The notes under the pieces were generated by a model. The model saw nothing but the letters and a program-made list of their open reading frames with translations, searched no databases and was not told the DNA's origin. From the NCBI RefSeq assembly GCF_964204645.1, contig NC_134031.1:20467910-20531909 (forward strand): DNA of 64,000 nucleotides. Reading direction: 5' to 3'. This DNA comes from Tubulanus polymorphus. Taxonomy: Eukaryota; Animalia; Nemertea. Both the position numbers and the translations under genes were made by a program. Within the stretch, counting starts at the first letter, position 1. Each line of letters opens with the position of its first letter. Shown piece by piece: positions 52,621 through 64,000 of the stretch.

Positions 52621-55600
52621 GTGAAAAATTTAATTCTATCATTTTAATGTGTAATGTTATATAAGTGTATATTTGTCTATTGTTTCATATTTGTATCACT
52701 GTTTCTGTGTTCGTATTTTTGGGGGGTTAATAGTCCAACCACCTAGCTCTACATGTGTTAACGTTTATGTAGTTTCTATTATGTAGAAAAAAGTTGTCAA
52801 GTCCAAATCGTCAATTCCTCATCCTACCAAAGTCACGCTAAACCCACAAAATCGTCGAAGCTTCGTTTTAAGGGGAGGGGTGAGGGGGGCGTTGGATAAT
52901 TGTGAAATATATTCAAAATACCTAAGAATTAACGGTTGAAATTATGTTTTAATTGGGGGTCAAATAACTAGCTAAAACTAACATAAGTTCTATCAATTCT
53001 ATTTATCTACAAGAACTATTAGACATGTCATACAAGTCGCACCTGAATTTTTTCAAGCCACTCTGTCATCATCATTCAACTTCGGGTTCGATCTTCTGTG
53101 GCCCGGGGGGTCTTTTTCTTCTCACTGAAATCATGGACGTATCAACTCTAGTTGACAAGTCCACGCTGAAATATGTCCTACCTTATTCAATTCGGACCGC
53201 TCTTGTTTTTCATCAGTAGGCGAGTCTTTTGTATCTTCCATGAAGCTGTAACACTGGGTACCGGTACCTGTTAATTAAACCTAACCTAACCCTAACCTAA
53301 AGTGCAACTATTTTTTCCTAAATCTAAATCTATAAAACATAATTTCGACCGCTAATGTTAAATAAACGTTCCACCTACCTTACAGCAACCTTGTAACGTG
53401 GATGAAGCAGCAATTTGAAAATGTAATCCTTTTATTTAAGAGTCAATCTTAAAGTCATTTTTAAATTCCGTGTCATGTTGCCAGAATCCAGTTGTATTAA
53501 TAACAAATAGTTAATCAGCTCAGCTGCGTTTGTTACAATCTAATGCAAATTCTCTTTTTCTAAAACGTGTCCTATCTGAGCAATGTCCGGCGACAGAGAC
53601 TTCTTCGCCGTGTAGAATTTCCAAGTGTAATGACAACTTGTAGGAGCGCCCACCGGTTTTTAACTGACCCCCTTAAAATTCGTAGCCGGTGATTGGTTAC
53701 ATCACCGATAACAAAAGCTTCGGGGAATGATTTCAAAAGGTATTGCAGGTAGGTCACTGGCCATTCTTGAATTGGGGTCATCTTTTCTTTTGAAGTTTGT
53801 AAATGCTTCGAAGTTTGAAAACGCTGAGGTTATGTGGCGCTGATCGGCGATTATCCGGCCGGTTGCGTTGGTCTAGGCGTCGACATGAAGCCAGCCTTAG
53901 ACGTCACTTCGCGGAAAGAAGTTTAGAAAGTGTAACGAAAAAAGTGTATTGAGTGTCAGAATATTAATAGATAGTATTTTCACCCTCACGCAAGCCTCAT
54001 GGCTAGCGGAGCGGATGATCGGTTAAAAATATGCACGCCTAATTCACACAAACTGCTCTCGGGGGCCACTGGTGGTTATAGTGTCTAATACTTAGCGAAC
54101 TGCCCGAATTATGGATCGGAAAGTACGTTTATAAAATCAGAAAAATTAGATGATTATCGGTGAGGGAGCAAATGTAACGACTGCAACAGAAATCGAAGGT
54201 ACAAGTGGAAGCCGAACTTTTTTGGACCCTACTAGCATCATAGATGCTATAATGCGACATGTGTAAAGAATCTAGATGGAATGAACACTTTTCGATTGGG
54301 AATCGGGGCCGGGGTAGTTTTTATCCTCTCCACATTAATCATTCAGAAGTCAGGAGTATAATAGAGACAGTGCTCAGAGTCAGATCAACTATTTATCATC
54401 GTAATGACGAACTTTCAATTTGCTTATTTTCTAATGAAATCATGGACTAGGAGGAATTCCCTTTTATGAACAACTGTTAATTTTTGTATTTTCTGCATTC
54501 AATAATTCTAAAATCCTATGCCAACTAATTTCTGTTTTGTCAGTAGAGCGACTTGTAAATCCACCATTAAGCAAGTCACAATAATGAATACATGAAATAA
54601 AAATTAAGAAAAAGAGGATAGTGCTTACAAGATTATCGAATTGCTACATAACGACATGGGAACCTTAAGGGTATCTTACGCCTTGGAGTAATCGTTCTAA
54701 CTGATCGAGTGCCGATCAGAAATTATAGATTTTTCATGTATATTCAAACCCGAATTTAGCAAAAAAGACATCGTAAAAATTGAACCCCCCATTTTATTCT
54801 CGGTAGGTGTGTTGGTGGATTTGTAAAGGTATATTTCTGATCCCTCGATACGAAGTTAGTTTCTTAAACGCAGACAGTTGTCGCAAAAAACTCTCAAATT
54901 GAATTTTTGTCAGTAGTTTCGATTAAAAGGTTTCGTCTACGCGCGTATATGCGTGTATATGATTTAAAATGAAGCGAAAAAGACAGCGAAGCGAAACCAA
55001 ACGAAATGGCAGGGTTCAAAATTGTTATCGGTCGTGTTTGTGCTAACATTTATGTTAGAAGAAGAGGCGTCGACCTTGACATTTTCGTCGCCAGTTTTTT
55101 TTGTGGATAATTTTGTTTTCATTGCTATCAATATTACTATTACTATCACTTTTCATCAATCAGTCAATATTAATATAAACGTTACCAAGCATTACTAGAA
55201 TATGACAACATAGTAAAACAATATTACCGCGTATGTATTACCTTGGATTACTCAGATGTATTACTCAGCGTATTAATGAAATCTTTCTTTCTATACTTAC
55301 GCTCTTTAGGGTGATGAAAACCGCGACTGGCGGTTCATCAAACAAGGATCACGAAGCAATTAGGTTGCGAAAAAACATCGGTCAACAACATCGTGTTAGC
55401 TTTAATGAGAAACAATAGATAGACACCACGAGCTTATGCGATTAATTCGGTTTAATATGGAACGATATCCAGTTTAGGGCCATGGATACAAACATTATAC
55501 CAATATTCAGTATTAATTGAAAATGCAGGGTCGTCGAATCTTAGGAATTTGAAACCAGTTCAACAATTCTCAGTTAAGCCTTATTCATATATTAAAGATC

Positions 55601-56360
55601 ATGTTTTTTTCTAAAATCTTAAAATAGGGATTGTCCCTGTTATTTATTGGGTTGGAAGATTTGGTCTGATTCGTTTAGATTTTCAGTATTTTTCACGAGC
55701 GGTTTTCAGCGACAGCAGGAAAAAGCTGCCGGAAACCGCTGGTGATAAACGGCCTTGCCCGAGATCAATGAAACTGGATCCAAGGCTCAGAGTTAATCGC
55801 GCCACTCACGAATAGTGTGGTTTCAACTGATACCAAAGGTTTTCAGTATACGGCTGAAATAGACAGAAAAACAGACAAGTAATGAATATTGCTAACAATA
55901 GATATTTTTACCAATTCGAACTGGTTTTTTTTTCGAATGGAGGAATCGTTTCAGTAGGTTCGGAATGATTTTCTTCTATTTACACCACTTATATCATCGA
56001 TGAAATTAGACAATCCCAACTTTTACTCGAAAAGATGATATCATTGATGCTCGACAATTTTTCAATATGTCCGAAGATAATTCCAGTCGTACGCCCACTC
56101 AGCTACACGCGTTATTGTGGGTGGCAACTAAATTGTCGGTGGTAAGAAACTTGAGAAAATATCATCAACAGTTCTCTTTCTAGATGTCAACTGCATGGAA
56201 ATGTATTGTTCCTTGTCAGACACTTCTTCATCGAGTGATTGCGATTATTTTTACTCGAAGGGGATAATCCGCTGTGACCTTATTTGGTTTTGAAACACTG
56301 CCAGAATAGTTTAGAATATTGTATGTTTTCGAGTCCTAGGCAGCCCCCTTGTCTAGAACG

Positions 56361-56464
56361 TCTATTCTATCAGTCTATTCTATCAGTCTATTCTATCAGT
56401 CTATTCTATCAGTCTATTCTATCAGTCTATTCTATCAGTCTATTCTATCAGTCTATTCTATCAG
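56361..56464. repeat. 13-bp tandem repeat, 8 copies
   Basis: Unit tctattctatcag. Confidence 0.96.
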
Positions 56465-59400
56465 TTATTTGTCGATTTTAGACATTTCACTACTTGATTG
56501 GGGCCACCACGTTGTAGAGTGACGTCACCAGTTGCTATGATCGGGCACGAATTTCAGTTCGACACCCGGTGTATGCACCATTGGTATCAGTTTTCAAGCA
56601 GGGTGACAAAATAGCCGTTCTTTTTTCATTATTGCACAAGGAGGATTCTTTGTGGCGATTTTGGGAAGGTTTTGATGTCAACATCAAATCATTTACATGT
56701 ATCTAGCTTGTCGTTTCGTAACATCTAGGATTTCGTTGTATTCTATTGGCATAGACAATGCGGTAGTCATGCAATGTCGGGTAGGAATTAATTAGGCTTC
56801 CTGATACACCACGCAGGGAAAACCATGGTATGAGTTTTATGTTACTTCCCCAGATCTTATTCACGGACAAATGTCAATATTTGCCATATAGATATAACTG
56901 TGATGCCGGTAATTAGGATACGTACATTTATCATTGTTCTGTTTCCCGAGGTGTTTCATATAGATATTAAATCGCTGACAGTAACATCATCAACCGCTGG
57001 TTGGATTTTTCCGTCCTGGATTTCATTCGCGTGTCCTCATAAAAATCCTAATGTTCCGATTCCTAAAGCTATAATGATTCTTTATCAATTTCGCAAATAC
57101 ATGTATCACACGATTCTTAAAAGAATCTACGTAATGAGAATTGGCCGTTTTTAGGTCCTATTAAATTGTAGCTGAGTAGAAGAAGTAGATGAATGAATTG
57201 GATAGTAGATTGTATTGAATTGGTGGTCGAGTCTTGCTTCAAGAAATACCGTTGGAATCCCTACCGGGGGAGGATATCGCTCTCAGGCGTATCATTTATT
57301 TCCGATAGATTCTTCTCTGATCGAAATCTCCCGAGTTACGAGTTCGTGCACTTATATATCGTACTACAAAGCATTTTTCAGTGCGCAAGAAATGAGGCAC
57401 AGTAAATACACGAGAAAGAAAAGTCAGGAGAAGGTTTGAGTTCGTGAGTTCGTAACCAGGAAAGGAATTAATGACGGAAAGCTGATTTTGCATATATGAT
57501 CATAAATGATAGAATATTTGAAATGTCTGTACGTGTGTATATCGGCCATAATGTTATTCTTTCTGTCCAGATGAACCACGTGGCTAATCTTGACGAAAAA
57601 AATCGAGATTAATGCTACTAATAAAGAATATTAAAACCCTGTATCGAACATGATAGTGTTATTATCGTGTCATCTTATACCAGTCGTAAAACCAGTTGTA
57701 AGGACGAGAAACATATTTGATAATTTTACGGTTTGTTTGAATAAGACTTGTCACGTACATATTTTGAAGATTTGAAAGGGGACGTTATACTATGGAAATA
57801 CGATATTGTCGCATAGCCCGGAGATTTTCTTTTTAAAACAGCAATAAACACACCTCCTTTCATTGGTCGCTTTCCCGCAACCTTTTTCATGCAGCGTTTC
57901 TTAGTAAGACGTTTGTTTTGACTCCACCCGAACAGACGCTGCAGAGAACTCACCCAGTTTTTGTTCGCGCATGTCGTAGATATGTATAATATGATAATTC
58001 ATATAATCCATTAAAGGAAATTTGATGACGAGGATGTTCACCTTCAGTTTCAAAGGAAATGTCGGTGGTGAAACATGAGTCGAGCGCTTACACTTGCGTT
58101 GTTTGGATCCACCGGATTAAGCTGCACACGTCTATTTGACCATGAACCCAAGGTCCAAGGCAGATTTTTCATTTCATAGCTAAAACAAAAAGGGATGTGA
58201 AATGAAAAAGCCGTTTGTTATCTCTGATAAAATCCGATGGCTTTCCATTTAGATGATCTGACGCATCACACGAGGATCTGTAAAAATATTCGACTTTTAA
58301 AACTTCTCATTGAATGAAGCAAGCCTGCAACCAACTTTTTCACAATTTCACATAAATTTAGACCAATTCTAAATGTTAATTGTTAAAATGTAAATATATA
58401 TATATACCCTGGTCTCAGAGCTAGATTTGAAAAAACACTTGAGCCCAATGTGAGTTTCTCAAGCGGTTGCGAGAATCATACACTCTAGTCATAAAAAGTT
58501 CACTAAAATCAAGATCATGAAAACCAAACACAATTTATCCGTGTGGTTGGTTCCACACGGGCTGCACCGTCACCTCTGTCAGCCCTTCTCACAGACAGTG
58601 GCGTCTATTGTACAATTATTTTCGCACTGATACGCGGTCCAGGATAATGGCAGCTTTGCTTCAGATAATAACATATAATTCGCTGACATTCATGCACGAT
58701 GGTCTAAAGACACACATACAGTAGAAGATTAAGAACTATTTTCCTCGGATGACACCTGCAGTTCTTCCGCGCGTACGGATACATGCATAATGTATATATA
58801 CTAGATTGTTAACATTTGACATTTTCCCTCACCGGAGTCTAGTTTCTAACTTGGCGATGATAAGGTCACGAGTAGCCTATCCACGCTGAAGTTTATCATA
58901 TCAGCAATATCAGTTGGCCAGCATTCATGATCCTCCATCATTTAACCAAGATAAAAACATCGGATTTATAATACAGTTCCTTTTTCTGACGCCGTAAAAA
59001 CCGTTACAACAATATTTTTTTATACATGTAATAACTATTGTGCGTCGTTTAAGGGGTTCTGTGTGAGTCGATGTGCAATACGTCAAAAATATTGGCGTTT
59101 CAAAATAACAATTATCAATTGGCGTTCATTTTGTAATATAATGAATATCATAACTAATTCTCTATTTCATTATTTTTTTTTCTTTTTAATAATGACGTTA
59201 ATGGAGCTGGACTGTTTGCCGGTCAAGACAATATTCAATTGGCGATATGTTCAAATTCAAAATAACCGTATTTATCCCATATTACATCTGTATATTGTTT
59301 ATATTTCTACGTATGCATTACTCAATCATTGTCGACAATATCAAACAATATATGTTATTTTTCAAGGCGTCAGAAGTTTTCAGTTCTTTTTAGATCATCA

Positions 59401-62400
59401 GTCAATCAATGATTTACGTAGCTACCTACTGATGAAAGTCTTGTCGAGCCATGACACACGATGCAAACGTATTCTAGTCGGCGAATCGATTCGCCCGATT
59501 CAAAGATACCAGAAACTATCGCCGTTTAAATTCGGCAAATAAATCCATGCGGAATGATGCGATTACTGTGTGTTAAGGGATGACTGTGAGCGTGTTTTGT
59601 GAGCTCTTTTTTTCTTCTTCACTTTTCTCTTTTGAGGGACTTGTTTTATATAAACTATTTCTTAGTTTCTACAGACCCCTCTTAGTCTAATGTATTTACT
59701 GTATCTTTTATTATTATGCTTTTGTAGACTATGCTGTAAATTATATTTGAGAAATAAAGTATTCAAGTGTTCATTCATTTTAAACGGTCACCCCGAATTC
59801 GCCTGAATGTATTTCTGATTGTATATACCACGGTGAAAACGAATTCAAAATCGAAATCTTGTTTAGTCGTAAAACGAGACTCGTTCTTTCGGGTGATAAT
59901 TAAAAAGGAGAGAACGTGTTAATAATTCATAGTATCTGTTGATGAATGAGGCGTCGATGTGAACGATCAATCGGGGGGAAGAAATCAAATCCGCAGAATT
60001 AAACCTATCAGTCGCGCGGTGTTCAATTAACGAGTTCTCGGAAAATCTATAAAAATAGACGCTCGTTTTTCGTAAAGCCACTCTCGATCTCTCTCGAAAC
60101 ATTAGCCGAGGTCGATGCGACCTTTTCAATCAGCGTTCGGCGTGTAAAAACACACAGGACTGTCCCAAAAACCAAAAAATGGAAATATCAAATTGTTATT
60201 TTTCTCTTTTTGCATATATTTCTTTTTCGTCTGAAGAACAACAAAGAATGGGCAACTTTTCCAATTAAAGAAATCTTGTTATCACTCGGAAAGGTCTTAG
60301 AATTGCCTAAATGTCAGAGTCTGGTGGCCTTTTTATTGTGAATGAGTTCGTCTGCTTTTATGCTCGTCCATGATTTGCCGAACTGCATCGCTTTCAATCC
60401 AAAATTAATTGACTTCATTAATTTGAGCGCCGTTATCGACATTTTGACATCAATGAGCGTACTGAAAATATAGTCGGTAAAATCAGGAGACGTGGCGGCG
60501 TCAATGTTAGCCAGTAGAGCTTAAAGGCGGCTAGCTGATCTCGGGCTATGACGCAACGAACACCGATTCAACTGAAATGAAACGCGATCGTGTCCTAGTT
60601 TTAAATGTCCAATGCGTTGTTTCATCCAGCAACTAGCGGGATAAAATGAATATGATCTACTTCCTACCAGTTGTTCCCTTGCCTACGATCACGAATATTT
60701 CTGTTGTCTTTCGCCACAGAAATCTCAACAGTCGACAAGAATAATTTCTATATAGACACTCCATGGTCTCCCCGTGGTATATCCAGTAAACACCCTGAAA
60801 AATCTTTTAACCGGGTCCTATTTGCATCATACAGAACAGAACTTACAAGTGCAACATGGTCTCAGATCATACTGTGATTTAGAACCAAGATAGACTTAGA
60901 CTGGTCTTAAATCTAAGACTTGGCTGTGTACCACTGGTCCAGGGCTTTTGGTGTAAATATTGAAACTCATATTCAATATTTTGGTTTGGTGTCCGGGCAC
61001 CGCCTTTCGGTGAGATTGCCCTTTTCCTGGAGGCAAATAGCGTCAAAACCTGCTTGACACCGATCCTGTCGGAAATCGCGCAATTTCGGATGTATTTATT
61101 CAAAAGTTTCGAGGGACCCCATTAAGCCGGCTTCAATAGCGGTACGCTCTTCTTTTTTTGTCCTAGAACCGCCCCTGCATTTCGAAACCTGAAACAACTG
61201 ATAAAAGAATATCCTTGAGACACCCACTATCAATGGGCGAGGATTACAAGACATCGCCGCAGTCTAACGTTCGTCTCACCACTGACGTCATAGCCGTAAC
61301 GGATCGGCTGACACAATAATTCTCAACACGTGATCGGCTGACACTTGTACATAACAGTTTTGGCACGTTTCCATACTTACTTCTCACACCATAGCGAAAA
61401 TAGTACATACGTGAACATAATCATTCTCTTTGGGGCATGCCAAAAATTCCAGCGACGATAAGCAGTCGGAATAACAGATATAATACGGCTGCGCAATAGT
61501 AAATTATTGTCGACCGATTCGCAGTGTACTGGGTTAGGTTAATTTGTGATTTCAGTTGTCCAAATAACCACAACGGTTGCATATATACATACAACAAATA
61601 CCAGATTGTCGATTAATTCTTTCCAAGCGTTAAATCATGAGGCACTACAAGCCATCTTCAGATTTATTAACCTTATCAGATCACTCATCGAAAACTCCGA
61701 ATCGTCCCGTCAAAAAGAAGGAGACTTGGTATGACTCAACCTTACCAATCCGTATCTTTTCATTTGGCCTTCATTGGTCCTAATCAACTAACTTACCAAC
61801 ATATCGCAGAATCTATTCATCATGATCACTTCAGATCAGTTAAGAATATCGTATGCATATTTGTCACGTCATAGACATAATATTGTTTCTATTTGCCCAT
61901 GTATTTACTAATGAATTATGATGAATAAAATGAATTCTTGTTTGAATCTTCAAAACTGGGATGAAAGAATCGGGCTTTCTACTTTATATGTTATCAGATC
62001 TAGCAAGAATTCACCAAATTATCACGCCATATTTGGCTTCTGAATAGATTGTAAAGTCGTATTGTAAATCGTCTGTTGTTGCTACGTTCACGCGACGTAA
62101 ATAAACGTAGTTTTTTCATTCATTCCACTGAGATTCGTTCATTCATCGAAAACCGGTCAAGACATGAATGCGTGGGCGGTTCTCACACTGCGAATACGTG
62201 TATCGCGTGTACAATGACGAATCTTACGATGTTTAGATATCGTAGTAAATCGACGAACACAAAAGAATTCCTAAAATCAGTTAATCATTTCGAAGAGACC
62301 TAGAAACCGGTGTCGTAGATAAACAAATCACAAACAATTACAGATTTATGGATCACACCGTCATAACATATATTTCTCTCTCACTTTTGATATTTACATT

Positions 62401-62672
62401 CTGTCAAAAATAAACTGTACATTGCACTAAATGATTTTATAGGTTTATATTTACATATTGACATTACATAAGGGTTAATCAATGTCACCAGGTCCGTTAA
62501 ATCAAGACAGCAATTTGTCAAATCGTTATCTATTTCACTTAAATAGCTTTTGATATTAGATATATTAAACAGCGTGATTATATTCTAGATTACAAGGAAC
62601 TGTGACTTAAAACAGCCCCAAAGAGTTTCAGTTTCAGTTCTCGTTCTCATTTGATTGCAAAATTAAAACTTT

Positions 62673-62784
62673 GGATCCGGTTCCACGGTTGTGAGTTAGA
62701 GTTAACTCTTTGAGTTAAAATTAGCTCATTTTCAATGAGTTAACTCAGGGTTAGATCTTAACTCACAACTGTGGAACCGGGTCC
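62673..62784. mobile_element. MITE with ~26-bp TIRs
   Basis: ggatccggttccacggttgtgagtta ... taactcacaactgtggaaccgggtcc, with internal gagttaactc palindromes. Confidence 0.75.
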
Positions 62785-64000
62785 ATTTCACATCTAGATT
62801 TAAACTTTGACCAATACTTTCTGTGGCCCGAATGCAGTCGAGATGAAATCACAGAAAATGAAAGCGAATCAATTTTGGCTGTAGTGAACCTATGGTTTAG
62901 TATTTTCTCTTTCTTTTCTGTCACAAAGCGGTATTGACTTTTAGTTTATGGTCGACGAAAAAATGATAACCTTTGATCTGAAGCTTCGCAATAAAGAAGT
63001 TTATTCATGTACAACGCGAAGATGAAAACAGTCATCATTACTTTCACCCAATTCTCTCTCTCTCTCCATCCTCTGTATATTATAGGCTGCACTAAAAGGC
63101 TTTAACAAGCGGTTACTTGTTCAACACTCATTTTACCATTACAAAAAATACCGACCTAGTCAATCCCACGCTACACATAATCGACATAAGCGAGTAGTTT
63201 TCCACGTTTATTACCGACAATTACTAATATATCTGAGAGAAAGTTATAACCTACGGTCTTTGCACGGGTGTTGATGGAGGGCTTAATTTCGAAGAAAAAC
63301 ACGAGTACCCATGACGTGTACGCGTAAGCGTGTAAATCGGCTTCATAAATCATATTAGTAACAGGTGCAATTTTTAAACTTTTTCGTATCTATGAAGTTG
63401 GACGTAGTACTACTGTACATAATGGAAGCTCAAGCGAATCAGGGGGGGGGGGGCTGTTTTCCACTTCCAGAGCCGGGCTAGGAGTTTTAAGTTACAAGTA
63501 AGGCCTACGTACATGTGATCCCCAAACTATCATTACATCATAGATTATGATCACATTTCCTCATTTACGCGTAGAAATTCATTTTTTATGTTCCCCTCTC
63601 TTACGACGAGGCTCTGCTTCACCCTCCCTCAAAAGTGTGTCGAAATCTCTTCGTAAAATATGTCGTTCCGATGCGAAAAAATTCGTAACAGCACAACCAT
63701 GGTATACATTATCGGGATAATTTGATAAAAAGCGAGTGATAATACTTGATATCAATACGTTGCGACGGTCTGAAGAGGGTTATTGTTTGTTTACGATGAT
63801 GAAAATATCTGCAGCCCATACGAATACATGATTGTCTATAATTAGGAAAATTAGTTCCAGCTAACCGGGTAATCAGTGAATACCTATATGACATTCAGAA
63901 TTATGCATATTACACATGTATTACATATACAAAACTTCGCGTAATAAGAAATTATGCTTTCGTTGATTTCATGACCACCATTTTTATGTTGTTATACGGA

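Noticed and set aside
56500-56580. tRNA-like sequence ending gttcgacacccggtgtatgcacca
   Set aside because: Only a T-arm-like motif and CCA; I could not fold a cloverleaf. At most a SINE relic (tRNAscan-SE would decide).
48100-64000. Numerous 60-160 aa ORFs in the distal region
   Set aside because: No recognisable domains or consistent splice chain; several derive from tandem repeats (50990, 56284). Small exons of a large gene cannot be excluded without RNA data.

Overview
Eukaryotic, AT-rich, intron-containing invertebrate (animal) genomic DNA; the ORF track splits most genes and misses some, so I rebuilt them by hand from GT-AG splice sites. In order: the 3' part of condensin I subunit NCAPD2 (+); an orphan ~166-aa gene (+) with a basic N-terminus and a C-terminal transmembrane anchor, whose first intron holds an antisense cluster of ATP-grasp ligase genes (2 intact copies, 2 fragments); PPME1 with an intronless CDS (+); METTL13 (-); a 3-exon ShK-toxin-like peptide precursor (signal, propeptide ending in KR, 33-aa six-Cys mature peptide) that the ORF track does not show (-); an intronless peptide-type GPCR (-); a secreted Ser/Glu-rich S-x-E repeat protein (-); a GPR157-like 7TM gene (-); and an intronless aminergic (histamine H1/muscarinic-like) GPCR (+). 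The last ~16 kb has no gene I can support, only minisatellites, MITEs and retroelement remnants. The best novelty candidates are the ShK-like toxin precursor, the nested and duplicated bacterial-type ATP-grasp ligases, and the Ser-rich putative phosphoprotein.
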